A stretch of 30,655 bases of DNA from a virus (lineage: Duplodnaviria > Caudoviricetes), in IMG/VR virus record IMGVR_UViG_3300005805_000311, positions 1 through 30,655 of that record; one strand, written 5' to 3'. The first letter of the stretch is position 1; every line of letters begins with the position of its first letter. Positions 1 through 9,551 of the stretch are shown piece by piece. Position numbers and translations under genes: made by a program. Below the pieces are notes generated by a model. That model worked only from the letters and a program-made list of their open reading frames with translations, was not told the DNA's origin and did not search any database.

Positions 1-2
1 AC

Positions 3-281
3 GAAAAGTATAAAACCAAAGGAAATCTTGGAAAGTGGCTTCGTCAAAAGTGGGTAGACATTTCTCGTAAAGATAAAAAAGGAAAACATCCACCATGTGG
101 CGCCTCGGCGGGTAAGAAGGAACGTAAAGGTGGTTCAGCGAAATATCCAAAGTGCAGACCAGCACGTTCAGCGGCAGCAATGAGTAAAAGTGAAAAACGG
201 TCGGCAGTAACTCGAAAGAGAAGAGCAGGAAACCCAGGTGGTAAACCAACAATGGTATCAACGTTTAAGAAGGAAGATTAA
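3..281 (+). CDS. 5'-truncated basic phage protein (W..KWV..CG..YPKC.P family), probable virion/internal head protein
   Basis: Frame 3 is open from the window edge: EKYKTKGNLGKWLRQKWVDISRKDKKGKHPPCG...YPKCRP...AVTRKRRA...FKKED, TAA at 279-281. Not in the ORF track. Confidence 0.7.
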   Translation, partial: EKYKTKGNLGKWLRQKWVDISRKDKKGKHPPCGASAGKKERKGGSAKYPKCRPARSAAAMSKSEKRSAVTRKRRAGNPGGKPTMVSTFKKED

Positions 282-282
282 T

Positions 283-906
283 ATGGAAAATCTAGACGAA
301 GCATGTTGGGATGGATATAAGCAAGTTGGAATGAAGAAAAAAGGTGGAAAGATGGTTCCAAATTGCGTTCCTGTTAATGAAACAAATGGATTGTCTAAAA
401 ATATGTCCGTTGAAGATATTGCAGAAAAACACAAAGTATCTGTTGACCAAATCAAAGACCAATTAAAGCTTGGTATGAAGGTTGAAAAAGAACACACGGA
501 TAATCACAAGGAAGCGGTTAAAATCGCAATGGATCATTTAGTAGAAGATCCAATGTATTATACCAAACTTAAACAAATTGAAAATGTTGATGAGTTATAT
601 GAAGGAGAGTTCTGCGAAGCATGTTTAGCAGAATATATCAAAGAAAACTATAACTCCTTAAACGAAGCGGAATATCAAGGTCGCAAGGTTCCACTTGGAA
701 AGCCAATGCGTGGGGATGTCAAGAAGTTCAAGGTATACGTCAAAGATCCAAAGACCGGAAATATCAAAAAGGTAAACTTCGGTGACAAGAGTATGAAGAT
801 TAAGAAATCTAATCCAGCACGCCGAAAGTCATTCAGAGCAAGACATCGTTGCGACAACCCAGGCCCACGCACCAAAGCACGGTACTGGTCTTGTCGTAAG
901 TGGTGA
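283..906 (+). CDS. Modular basic phage protein (ACWDGY..VPNCVP module, KVEKEH..AMDHL.EDP.YYTKL module, C-terminal RRKSFRARH.C..YWSC module)
   Basis: ATG 283 directly follows the previous stop. Modules recalled from T4-like phage hypothetical proteins (DUF5661-like and DUF6321-like, unverified). Confidence 0.7.
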   Translation: MENLDEACWDGYKQVGMKKKGGKMVPNCVPVNETNGLSKNMSVEDIAEKHKVSVDQIKDQLKLGMKVEKEHTDNHKEAVKIAMDHLVEDPMYYTKLKQIENVDELYEGEFCEACLAEYIKENYNSLNEAEYQGRKVPLGKPMRGDVKKFKVYVKDPKTGNIKKVNFGDKSMKIKKSNPARRKSFRARHRCDNPGPRTKARYWSCRKW

Positions 907-1868
907 TGTTTACTACTAAAGATTACCTCACCGAAGCCCTCACCCCAGCAGAGCAAGCCAAGAAACTAGGCTTGAAGTATCTGGGGTTTGGTCGTTGGGG
1001 GAAAGTGGTAAACGGAGTAAGCACTACTACGCACAAAACCGAAGGTGATAAGCTTCAACCTGTAAAGAAAAACAAGGTTAGTAAAAAACAGACAAAAAAA
1101 TCTACTAACAAACCGAAACAAGGAAAAGTTAAGGTTGAAAAAGGTGAACCATTACTTTCGTGGCCGGTTCCGAATCCATGGTCCGCTTCAGAAGAAGAAA
1201 CAGCAATAACTCGACTAAAAATTCGTCGAGAAAAATATGCAGAAGCACAGGGGTTAGATTATCAATGGTCGCGGACGGAAGAACTTATAAAAGAAGCAGA
1301 GTCTCATCACAGTAAAATTGAACCATTGTTCTCATCACGACCAGGAACACGGGAAGATATTAAGATGTGGTATGATGATCAGATATTTCAACGATTTGAA
1401 AGTGAACGAAGAAGAATCTATGAGACAATGGATTACTTGATTGATAGCCAAGACCTTCGTGTAAAAGAAGCAAAAGAACTTTATCGTGGCGTCTACTTTA
1501 CTAATAAAAACGTTGATTACGCTAAAGCTTTTATAAAACAAATACAATCAGGCGGCGTTATCGAACTTCCTCCATCTGGATTCACCACAACGCTTAAAGT
1601 TGCAATGGATTTTGCTAACATCGGTGATCCTCAAGTGTCTATTATTCTTCGGGCACTTCCACCAAAAGGAGGATTTAAGGCAATTCACTTATCTGGTATT
1701 AAACGTAATCCGCATGAAAAAGAACTTGAAGTCGTTACACGGTCATCCAAGTTTCAGATTATGAGTATTTTACAGCAAGAAACCAGACGAGAAAAAACGC
1801 TATCAGAACCAGAAGGTAGATTAATTAACGTAACTTATACAGTCCAACTTCAACAGTTAGATAAGTAA
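906..1868 (+). CDS. Putative ADP-ribosyltransferase-domain protein
   Basis: C-terminal LYRG ... SGFTT ... EKELEV resembles the R-S-E ART motif order. ATG 906 overlaps the upstream TGA. Confidence 0.6.
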   Translation: MFTTKDYLTEALTPAEQAKKLGLKYLGFGRWGKVVNGVSTTTHKTEGDKLQPVKKNKVSKKQTKKSTNKPKQGKVKVEKGEPLLSWPVPNPWSASEEETAITRLKIRREKYAEAQGLDYQWSRTEELIKEAESHHSKIEPLFSSRPGTREDIKMWYDDQIFQRFESERRRIYETMDYLIDSQDLRVKEAKELYRGVYFTNKNVDYAKAFIKQIQSGGVIELPPSGFTTTLKVAMDFANIGDPQVSIILRALPPKGGFKAIHLSGIKRNPHEKELEVVTRSSKFQIMSILQQETRREKTLSEPEGRLINVTYTVQLQQLDK

Positions 1869-1869
1869 T

Positions 1870-2415
1870 ATGAAAAAACCAACTATTATTGATTTGTTTA
1901 TGGGAAGTTCGATGCGAGAAACCAAAAACATACTTTCCAAATTAGAAACCAAAAAGAAGAGAACATCAGAATCGTCAGATATGTATATAGAAGAGGACAG
2001 TGCATTAGTGGGAACTGATGGTGTTATAAAAGGTGCACCTAACCCAAAGGATGTCAAGAAGATACGTAAGCAGTTAAATAAGGAGAATAAGATGATACGT
2101 TTAAAGGACTTAATTCCAGAGAATAAAGAAAATCAAATTAGTTTGATGAAGATTACTATTCTTATGGAAAAGACACTTCCAGAACTTACATCAGCAGAAT
2201 CAAAAAAATTAATGGAATTGTGCGCAGAAGTTCACAAGATGGCGGAAGAACTTAACAAGACGCCATATACCATTTATAATGCTGAAAGTTGGCAAGTTCT
2301 TGAAGCACAGTTTGTAGAAAAGTTAATGGCAGTAAAAGAAGAAGCAGAAAAGCATGCAGATAAGGCATACGTTAAGCCTTTATTGAATGCATTAACAGAA
2401 GTCATCGCAGACTAA
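1870..2415 (+). CDS. Hypothetical protein, possible internal start at 2092 (MIRLKDLIPE)
   Basis: Tightly packed ORF, AGGAG upstream of the internal ATG. Confidence 0.7.
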   Translation: MKKPTIIDLFMGSSMRETKNILSKLETKKKRTSESSDMYIEEDSALVGTDGVIKGAPNPKDVKKIRKQLNKENKMIRLKDLIPENKENQISLMKITILMEKTLPELTSAESKKLMELCAEVHKMAEELNKTPYTIYNAESWQVLEAQFVEKLMAVKEEAEKHADKAYVKPLLNALTEVIAD

Positions 2416-2427
2416 TAGTGAGGTTTT

Positions 2428-4290
2428 ATGGCAGATAATAGCGTATTTGACAGACTGAAGAAACTTTTTTCTACCAGTACTGTCGTTCGTAATGTTGGTG
2501 GAAAGAAACTCCGTGTCGCTGATACCGACCAAATTCAATCCTACGTCAATCGTCGTGGCGTAGACCGATTTACTCGCGTCTACCAATCGGGGACGGGTGG
2601 ATATGGTTCACATCACGGACGATATGAAGCCGCAATGGCGTTTCAAGGAGCTCGTCTCCAATTGTTCCGTGACTATGACATGATGGATAATGACCCTATC
2701 ATTTCATCTGTTCTTGATATATACGCCGACGAAGCAACAGTTAAAGACGAATTTAATCGCATTCTGTCCATTAAAACTGATAATACACAAATTCAAGAAA
2801 TTTTAGAAAACTTATTTTATGATATTCTTAACGTGGAATTCAATTTATGGCCATGGATTCGTAATATGGCCAAGTACGGCGATTTATTCTTATATCTAGA
2901 TATTCATCCGGAATACGGTGTTACTAGTGCAATTCCTCTATCGGTATACGAAACGACTCGTGTTGAGGGAGAGAATCCAGAAAATCCATTCTCTGTTCGT
3001 TTTACTATTCAAAACGACTTCTTGAATCTCGGTAAGAAGGAATTTGATAACTACGAAATTGCCCACTTTCGTTTACTTTCCGACACCAACTTCCTTCCAT
3101 ATGGTAAGGCAATGATTGAAGGTGGTCGCCGTGTGTGGAAGCAACTTCAATTGATGGAAGATGCGATGTTGATTCATCGTATCATGCGTGCACCAGATAA
3201 GCGTAAGTTCAAGATTGATATTGGTAACATTCCACCGAATGAAGTGGAAACGTATATGCAACGTATCATCGACCGCATGAAGAAGCAACCACTTGTTGAC
3301 CCAAAGACGGGTGACTACAATCTTCGTTATAACATGATGAATATTGTGGAAGATTTCTATATGCCTGTTCGTGGTAAAGAATCTGGTACTGATATTGAAA
3401 CCATGCAAGGATTACAATTCAACGCTATCGAAGACATCGAATACCTCCGCAACAAGTTAATGGCGGCATTCAAGGTACCGAAGTCATTCTTGGGATATGA
3501 AGAAGATTTGTCTGGTAAGGCAACATTGGCTGCACAAGATGTAAGATTTGCACGTACCGTCGAACGCATTCAACGTATTATAATTTCAGAACTTACCAAG
3601 ATTGCAATCATTCATTTGTACGTACAAGGATATACTGATAATGACTTAATTAACTTTGAGATTTCATTAACAAATCCATCAACGTTGTACGAACAAGAAA
3701 AGATTAATTTGTGGCAACAAAAGTTCCAATTGGCAAGAGATATGACCGGTGGACAAGCACAGATTCTTTCACAAGATTGGGTGTATAAGAATATTCTTGA
3801 AATGTCTGAAGAACAAGTTGAAGATGAACGTAAGAAGATTATGGACGATATCAAACGTGTTCAAGAACAACAAGCTGCCGCATCTCCACCGGCACCAGCA
3901 GAACCAGGAGCAGCTCCAGAAATGGAAGAACTCCCAGGCGACCAAGCAGGATTGGAAGATGGGGATGAACAAATAGATGATGTTGACCAAATTTTAAGTT
4001 CACTAGAAGCTGATTCAGAACCTGACGAAGAATTTATGGGGGATGAATTAGAAGAAATTTTAGTAAAGAATAAAGGTGGTCGTCCAAAAGAAGGTTTAAA
4101 GTTTGCAACCGACCGTCATCCATATGGTCGTGACCCACTTGGTCGTAAAGAAAATCAAAAGGCTTATAAGCGGTCAACTTTATCTATGGAAACCAAAAAT
4201 TTCCTTGATTATTTACCGCAAAAGGGTGTCAGTAAGTATAAGCAGATGATATCTGAACAGTTGGAAGATGTTGAAAAATCAAACGGTTAA
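2428..4290 (+). CDS. T4-like portal vertex protein gp20
   Basis: LMEDAMLIHRIMRAPDKRKFKIDIGNIPP, EDFYMPVRG..GTDIET, IEDIEYLRNKL..A.KVPK motifs. Confidence 0.95.
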   Translation: MADNSVFDRLKKLFSTSTVVRNVGGKKLRVADTDQIQSYVNRRGVDRFTRVYQSGTGGYGSHHGRYEAAMAFQGARLQLFRDYDMMDNDPIISSVLDIYADEATVKDEFNRILSIKTDNTQIQEILENLFYDILNVEFNLWPWIRNMAKYGDLFLYLDIHPEYGVTSAIPLSVYETTRVEGENPENPFSVRFTIQNDFLNLGKKEFDNYEIAHFRLLSDTNFLPYGKAMIEGGRRVWKQLQLMEDAMLIHRIMRAPDKRKFKIDIGNIPPNEVETYMQRIIDRMKKQPLVDPKTGDYNLRYNMMNIVEDFYMPVRGKESGTDIETMQGLQFNAIEDIEYLRNKLMAAFKVPKSFLGYEEDLSGKATLAAQDVRFARTVERIQRIIISELTKIAIIHLYVQGYTDNDLINFEISLTNPSTLYEQEKINLWQQKFQLARDMTGGQAQILSQDWVYKNILEMSEEQVEDERKKIMDDIKRVQEQQAAASPPAPAEPGAAPEMEELPGDQAGLEDGDEQIDDVDQILSSLEADSEPDEEFMGDELEEILVKNKGGRPKEGLKFATDRHPYGRDPLGRKENQKAYKRSTLSMETKNFLDYLPQKGVSKYKQMISEQLEDVEKSNG

Positions 4291-4350
4291 TACATTTCGG
4301 TTATATTTACTTATATGATGGTTGTTTACTCGTCTTAATACGGATAACAT

Positions 4351-5208
4351 ATGAGCATCAAACACAATAAAATCAAAAATACTGGTATATTATTTGAATT
4401 ACTAGTACGAAAAATTGCAACAGATGTATTAGATGGCAAGTCCGACAGTTTCGCTGTCCGCTTGGTGCGGGAGTATTTCCACCCAAAATCAGAATTGGGT
4501 AAGGAACTTCAACTCTATCGTCTGTTCTTTAACGCACCTACGCTTACGGAAAGTAAGGCGTTTAATATGCTTGACCTTATCGTTCAACGTCATAAGACTT
4601 TGAATGAAAAGGCATTGGCAACACAAAAGTTCAATCTTATAAAAGAAATTAAGAATAACTGCGACCTTAAGGAATTTATGAACGGTCGCGTTCCTTCGTA
4701 TAAAGTATATGCTTCAGTTTATAAGCTATTTGAAGCATCTGAAGATATTATGGAAGTTCAAGACATCGTGAAAGCCCGTTTCCTTGTCGTTGAACATCTT
4801 AAGGGTGAATTAAAAGAAGAACAAATTATTAAAGAAAACTCGTATGTTGATGCATTAAAAGAACAAGATGAAGAAATCCGTTTCCTTTCTTATAAGATTT
4901 TATTAGAACGTTTTAACGAAAAGTATAGTAATTTCAATGATAAACAAAAACAACTACTTCGTGAATATATTAACAAAGCAACTGATGTGGAACCATTTAA
5001 AACATATATGGCAAAGGAAGCGGGCGCTCTTTCAACAACCATCGCAAAGTTTGCTGGAAAAGTCAAGAACGATGTCACACGCATCAAACTACACGAAGTG
5101 GTTTCGCAATTAAAGAATATTCAGCAAAAACCAACAACTAAAGAAAACCATGTCACCGCTCTTCTTATCGCATATCAATTAGTAGACGATATGAAGAGTT
5201 TGAGTTAA
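4351..5208 (+). CDS. Conserved large-phage protein adjacent to portal
   Basis: 285-aa ORF starting KHNKIKNTGILFELLVR, within the head module. Confidence 0.8.
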   Translation: MSIKHNKIKNTGILFELLVRKIATDVLDGKSDSFAVRLVREYFHPKSELGKELQLYRLFFNAPTLTESKAFNMLDLIVQRHKTLNEKALATQKFNLIKEIKNNCDLKEFMNGRVPSYKVYASVYKLFEASEDIMEVQDIVKARFLVVEHLKGELKEEQIIKENSYVDALKEQDEEIRFLSYKILLERFNEKYSNFNDKQKQLLREYINKATDVEPFKTYMAKEAGALSTTIAKFAGKVKNDVTRIKLHEVVSQLKNIQQKPTTKENHVTALLIAYQLVDDMKSLS

Positions 5209-5211
5209 TCT

Positions 5212-5715
5212 ATGGACGAGAAAGAACTTAAGCTTCGTGAAGCTATTCGTAAAATGGTTCGTGAGATGTTAAGTGAAATCTCAACAACCGCCGGTGTGCC
5301 TGGATATTTAACTCCTTATGCATTTTCTGGTACGAAGGATAGAACTTCACATATAGAAAAAATAGCAACTCGGTTGGGATATACTTTGACCAAGAAGGGT
5401 CGAGAAAATAATAAAGGTGATAAACTTACCGAAAGTTATCGTCGATTAAAAGATGGGATGTCGATGTTAAATGAAAACTATTACGCATATCGTAATGATA
5501 ACACCAGACTTCCACACCAAAAAATCGGTATGGCTATTTCTGAACTTAATAAGCAACTCAAGTTAGTTGAACGAGCACTTCGCATGAATAGTCGTTTGAA
5601 GAAAGAATATGGTATCTCAAATGACAAGTTGTGGAAGCGTACTAAACATCAAATGGCAAAGTTGGAAGGTAAGTTGATGGAACTCGCCGGACGCCTTCGT
5701 GAGATGAGAGGATAA
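5212..5715 (+). CDS. Hypothetical head-module protein
   Basis: 167-aa ORF, N-terminal LREAIRKMVREMLSE then STTAGVPGYLTPYAF. Confidence 0.8.
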   Translation: MDEKELKLREAIRKMVREMLSEISTTAGVPGYLTPYAFSGTKDRTSHIEKIATRLGYTLTKKGRENNKGDKLTESYRRLKDGMSMLNENYYAYRNDNTRLPHQKIGMAISELNKQLKLVERALRMNSRLKKEYGISNDKLWKRTKHQMAKLEGKLMELAGRLREMRG

Positions 5716-5718
5716 TAT

Positions 5719-5826
5719 ATGAAAAAGGCTCGTTTAATAGAAATCATAAAAGAAGTTATTACCGAAGAATTGGAACAACTATCCAAGCAAGAAGAACAAA
5801 AGCCAGTTGTGGCTAACGAGGAATAA
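5719..5826 (+). CDS. Small acidic protein, 35 aa (MKKARLIEIIKEVITEELEQ...)
   Basis: Fills the gap between two genes exactly, GAGG upstream. Below the ORF-track cutoff. Confidence 0.6.
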   Translation: MKKARLIEIIKEVITEELEQLSKQEEQKPVVANEE

Positions 5827-5828
5827 TC

Positions 5829-6413
5829 ATGGCACTACTTTGTGAATACACCGAATTACAATATGACCGTAGTATTTTAACGGAAGCAATGGATGGCAAT
5901 AAGCCATTAGTTTTGCGCAACGTTGTATTACAACGTGCGGATGCAAAAAATCAAAACGGTCGTGTATATCCAAAAGAAGTGTTGATGCGTGAAGCGTTAA
6001 CCTATAAGAAGAACTTTGTGGAACAACGCCGTGCATTAGGAGAACTTGACCATCCAGAAAGTCCAGTTGTCAACCTTAAGAACGTATGTTGCAACATTGT
6101 TGGTTTGTGGACAGAAGGTGATGATGTTCGAGGTGATATTGAAATTTTAACCACTCCAACTGGAAACATTGTTCGTGAACTTATCCGTAACAATATCCGT
6201 TTGGGTGTTTCATCACGTGGTATGGGATCGGTAAAAAATCTTGGTGAAAACACCGTCGAAGTTCAAGAAGATTTTAGTTTAATCTGCTTCGATATTGTCA
6301 GTAACCCATCAACTATTGGGGCATTTATCAATGAAAACAAGACCCCACATATTATCACCCCATACGATAATATTGATAAGTTGATTCACGATTTCTTAAG
6401 TGAGGTAAAGTAA
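5829..6413 (+). CDS. T4-like prohead protease gp21
   Basis: NQNGRVYP, ALGELDHP, TPTG, GVSSRGMGS, DIVSNPS motifs. Confidence 0.95.
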   Translation: MALLCEYTELQYDRSILTEAMDGNKPLVLRNVVLQRADAKNQNGRVYPKEVLMREALTYKKNFVEQRRALGELDHPESPVVNLKNVCCNIVGLWTEGDDVRGDIEILTTPTGNIVRELIRNNIRLGVSSRGMGSVKNLGENTVEVQEDFSLICFDIVSNPSTIGAFINENKTPHIITPYDNIDKLIHDFLSEVK

Positions 6414-6414
6414 C

Positions 6415-6669
6415 ATGACTACATTTTTAGGATTAGTATTGGTGTTAGCAGTAGTAATCTACTTCGTCAATCGCAAGATTATGGCAGCACCAGCACCAGT
6501 ATTCAAGGCAACCAAGAAGGTTGAAGAACTTGCAGTTAAGGTCGCAGATGTCAATGGTGACGGCAAGGTTGACTTACAAGATGTTGTTGCAGCAGCAACG
6601 AAGGTTAAAAAGGTTGCAAAGAAGGCAACTAAACCACGTAAGCCAAGAGCAAAGAAAAAGGCAGAATAA
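6415..6669 (+). CDS. Small membrane-anchored protein with EF-hand/dockerin-like loop and Lys-rich tail
   Basis: N-terminal hydrophobic helix and DVNGDGKVDLQD. Confidence 0.7.
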   Translation: MTTFLGLVLVLAVVIYFVNRKIMAAPAPVFKATKKVEELAVKVADVNGDGKVDLQDVVAAATKVKKVAKKATKPRKPRAKKKAE

Positions 6670-6875
6670 TGTCCGAACATCTCGTTGAAACGACACTTAA
6701 ACGAATTGTTGAAACAGGCGAAGCACAAACGGTGAAGGGGAAGACAGTTGATACCTTCACCGCTAGTATGCTTATGACTGTTATTAATAAGTTGAATGAA
6801 GAAAATAAACAAAAGTTGTTTAGTCGTTCTATCAACGAAATGGTTGCAGTCGCATATAAAGTTCTCACCTACTAA
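6669..6875 (+). CDS. Hypothetical protein
   Basis: TAATG coupling, 68 aa, VDTFTASML motif. Confidence 0.7.
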   Translation: MSEHLVETTLKRIVETGEAQTVKGKTVDTFTASMLMTVINKLNEENKQKLFSRSINEMVAVAYKVLTY

Positions 6876-6881
6876 TAAACG

Positions 6882-7574
6882 ATGGCAAAAACGCTGTACG
6901 TCACCGATTTTGATGATACGTTAGCGCAAACAGACGCCCTCGTTTATTTAGTGCGTGGGGGTAAGAAAATTGCATTGACTCCGGCAGAATATGCAACGTT
7001 CGAAGAAGAGCCAGGGGACACCTTTGACTTTTCAGAATTTGAACAACTAAAGAACCCAAAGCCGATTGAACGCTTTGTCAGATTGGTCAAAAAAGCAGCA
7101 GCAGACAAACGAGTTGACAAAGTGGCAGTATTAACTGCACGAAGTCACACTAAACCTATCTCCAAGTTCTTAAAGAGTATTGGTATTCCAGGCGGTGTTA
7201 GTATTGCGGCATTAGGTGATGCTAACCCACAACGGAAGGCAAACTATATTGAAAAACATATCAAGGCAGGATATAGCCGTATTGCGTTTGTTGATGATTC
7301 GATAAAGAATGTAGATGCTGTTAAGCAATTAGGTAAAAAATATCCACAAGCAAAAATACTAACACATCAAGCAAAAGAACATCCTAAACCAACGAAACCA
7401 AAAACACAAAAAACATCTATAAAAGATTTTCTTAAAACAAAAATAGTAAATCCTAAAACGGGCAATCAAATTTTAATACAAACCGCATTACGAAATAAAT
7501 CACATCCAGCATATGCACAAGCATCTGCGGCTGTTGAAAAATATGCACGGCAGCACAAAATTACCATAAAATAG
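6882..7574 (+). CDS. HAD-superfamily hydrolase
   Basis: DFDDTL (motif I), LTAR (II), K (III), FVDDS..N (IV). Confidence 0.8.
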   Translation: MAKTLYVTDFDDTLAQTDALVYLVRGGKKIALTPAEYATFEEEPGDTFDFSEFEQLKNPKPIERFVRLVKKAAADKRVDKVAVLTARSHTKPISKFLKSIGIPGGVSIAALGDANPQRKANYIEKHIKAGYSRIAFVDDSIKNVDAVKQLGKKYPQAKILTHQAKEHPKPTKPKTQKTSIKDFLKTKIVNPKTGNQILIQTALRNKSHPAYAQASAAVEKYARQHKITIK

Positions 7575-7587
7575 TTTCGGAGGAAAC

Positions 7588-7797
7588 ATGGAAGTTACAG
7601 TTAGAGATGGAAAAGATGAATTAGGAAAAGCACTCAAAGTGTTTAATAGCATGGTTAAAAAGTCTGAACTCATACAAGAACTTCGTAAACGTGAATTTTT
7701 CTTAAAACCTTCTAAAAAAAGAATAGTTAAACGTCAAGAAGCTCTTCGTCGCCGTAAGCGGGATGAAAAGCGATTGGCACGTCAAAAGAAATATTAA
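7588..7797 (+). CDS. rpsU: Ribosomal protein bS21 (phage-encoded)
   Basis: V.VR....KALKVF...VKKSELIQELRKREFFLKPS..R pattern, 69 aa, GGAGG RBS. Confidence 0.85.
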   Translation: MEVTVRDGKDELGKALKVFNSMVKKSELIQELRKREFFLKPSKKRIVKRQEALRRRKRDEKRLARQKKY

Positions 7798-7855
7798 TTT
7801 AGATTTAGTGATAAAAATCAATTTTTAGAAAACAACTATATATTTATAAAGAGTA

Positions 7856-7920
7856 AACATCGATTTAATATCGCGTGTTACTAAAAGTAAAATAGTATAA
7901 TAGCAGATTTAATATCTGCT
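7856..7920 (+). promoter_or_regulatory. Two hairpins sharing the core GAT-TTAAT-ATC upstream of the scaffold gene
   Basis: CGAT-TTAAT-ATCG at 7861-7873 and AGCAGAT-TTAAT-ATCTGCT at 7902-7920. Confidence 0.55.
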
Positions 7921-7945
7921 TCAATCCTTATAGGAGTATTTTTTT

Positions 7946-9070
7946 ATGGCACAAATCACCAATGAACTTTTAAAGCAAGCAATCGCAGATGCAGAAGCAG
8001 TTCGTGAAACTGCTATTGCAAACGCAAAGCTTGTTTTGGAAGAATCACTTACCCCACAAATCAAGGGTATGATTGCTCGTCGTCTTCGCGTTGAAGCAGA
8101 AATGGGCGGCGAAGAAGAAAAGAAGGAAATGGAAGAAGCAAAAGAACTTCCACACGAAGAAGCAGAAGCAGAAGGTTCAAGTGAATTCCCAGCAGATGCA
8201 TCAGACATCGGCGCAGGTGACAACAAGGAACCATCAGTAGAAGCAGAAGCAACTTCAGATATTGGCACAGGCCCAGAAGCAGCAGACGCAGCAGAAGGTG
8301 ATGTGACCGATTGGTACGAAGATTGGGATGAAGCAGATTTCGACCTTGGCGAAATCATTAAGGAATTAGAAAATGATATCGCAGCTCTTTCAGGTTCAGA
8401 AGAAAAGGAAGAAGCTCCAGAAGCTGAAGAAGCTCCAGAAGCTGAAGAAAAGGAAGAGATGAAGGAAGAAACCGTCACCGAAGAAAAGAAGGAAGACGAA
8501 AAGGAAGAAATGAAGGAAGCAGTTGTAGTTGAAGAAAAGAAGGAAGAAGAGAAGGAAGAAATGAAGGAAGGCATGGAACATGAAGAAGAAGGCGAAGTTG
8601 ATCTTGAAGAAATTCTTGCTGAATTAGAAGCAGAAGAAAAGCCAGAACATGAAGATGAAAAGGCTGCAATGATGCACAAGCTAGCAGGACTCAAGAACGA
8701 ACTCGCACAATATAGAGAAGCAGTCAATGTTCTCCGTGGACGTTTACAAGAAGTTAACTTGTTAAACGCAAAGTTACTCTTTACAAACAAGTTGTTCCGT
8801 AAGGAAGGGCTCAATAATGACCAGAAGGTTCGTATCGTCGAATCTTTCGATCGAGCAACTACCGTCCGTGAAGTCAAGCTTGTTTACACCGCACTCGTTG
8901 AAAACCTCGCAACTCAAGCACGAGTATTCAACGCATCACGTAAGAAGGTGGTCGCTGAAGGTTTGGCAAGTAAGCCAACCCCAAGTACCGCTCCAAAGTC
9001 GAAAGACGCAGAAGTTATCGTAGAAAACACGGTAGCTAAGCGATTACAACAACTCGCAGGCATTATCTAA
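7946..9070 (+). CDS. Prohead core/scaffold protein (gp22-like)
   Basis: LLKQAIADA.AVRETAIANAK..LEE N-terminus, very acidic repetitive middle, EVNLLNAKLL..NKLF and RLQQLAGI C-terminus, directly upstream of the capsid gene. Confidence 0.85.
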   Translation: MAQITNELLKQAIADAEAVRETAIANAKLVLEESLTPQIKGMIARRLRVEAEMGGEEEKKEMEEAKELPHEEAEAEGSSEFPADASDIGAGDNKEPSVEAEATSDIGTGPEAADAAEGDVTDWYEDWDEADFDLGEIIKELENDIAALSGSEEKEEAPEAEEAPEAEEKEEMKEETVTEEKKEDEKEEMKEAVVVEEKKEEEKEEMKEGMEHEEEGEVDLEEILAELEAEEKPEHEDEKAAMMHKLAGLKNELAQYREAVNVLRGRLQEVNLLNAKLLFTNKLFRKEGLNNDQKVRIVESFDRATTVREVKLVYTALVENLATQARVFNASRKKVVAEGLASKPTPSTAPKSKDAEVIVENTVAKRLQQLAGII

Positions 9071-9089
9071 CTTTTAGGAGAAAACACAA

Positions 9090-9551
9090 ATGTCAGTTAA
9101 GGAATTTATGAACGAAGCAAAGACCGCGCACGATGTAATCATCGCACAAACCCGCGGCTTAGCAAACAAGTGGGAAAAGTCCGGCCTTCTCGAAGGCATG
9201 AAGGGCTATGAAAAGCAAGGCATGGCAGTAATGCTCGAAAACCAAGCACAACAACTTATCTCTGAAAACTCAGCAACCAACCCACAAGGTGCAGGTTCAG
9301 CAGGTGAACAATGGGCAGGCGTAGCACTCCCACTCGTTCGTAAGGTGTTCGGTTCAATCGCAGCAAAGAACTTCGTATCAGTTCAACCAATGAACCTCCC
9401 AGCAGGTTTGGTGTTCTATATGGATTTCAAGTACGGCACAACCGTCAACGGTAAGACCGACGGCGACTCAATCTATGGTGCAGCATTATCATCACCATAT
9501 TCAACCTTCGGCAACACCACCACCGGTGGTTTGTATGGCGCAGGCGCTTGA
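9090..9551 (+). CDS. T4-like major capsid protein gp23, N-terminal fragment truncated at the junction
   Basis: KW...GLLEG, MAVMLENQA, LPLVRKVF, FVSVQPMNLPAGLVFYMDF motifs. Stops after 153 aa, far short of a gp23. Confidence 0.9.
   Translation: MSVKEFMNEAKTAHDVIIAQTRGLANKWEKSGLLEGMKGYEKQGMAVMLENQAQQLISENSATNPQGAGSAGEQWAGVALPLVRKVFGSIAAKNFVSVQPMNLPAGLVFYMDFKYGTTVNGKTDGDSIYGAALSSPYSTFGNTTTGGLYGAGA

Noticed and set aside
8395-8570. GAA-rich repeats in the scaffold gene as a functional DNA repeat
   Set aside because: Explained by low-complexity EAPEAE/EEMKE protein repeats.
7921-8877. 318-aa minus-strand ORF
   Set aside because: Ser/Phe-rich antisense shadow of the Glu-rich scaffold gene.
9549-9551. 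TGA readthrough, recoding or an intron in gp23
   Set aside because: The downstream sequence is not capsid-like, no second exon appears in the window, and other left-segment genes read normally in the standard code.
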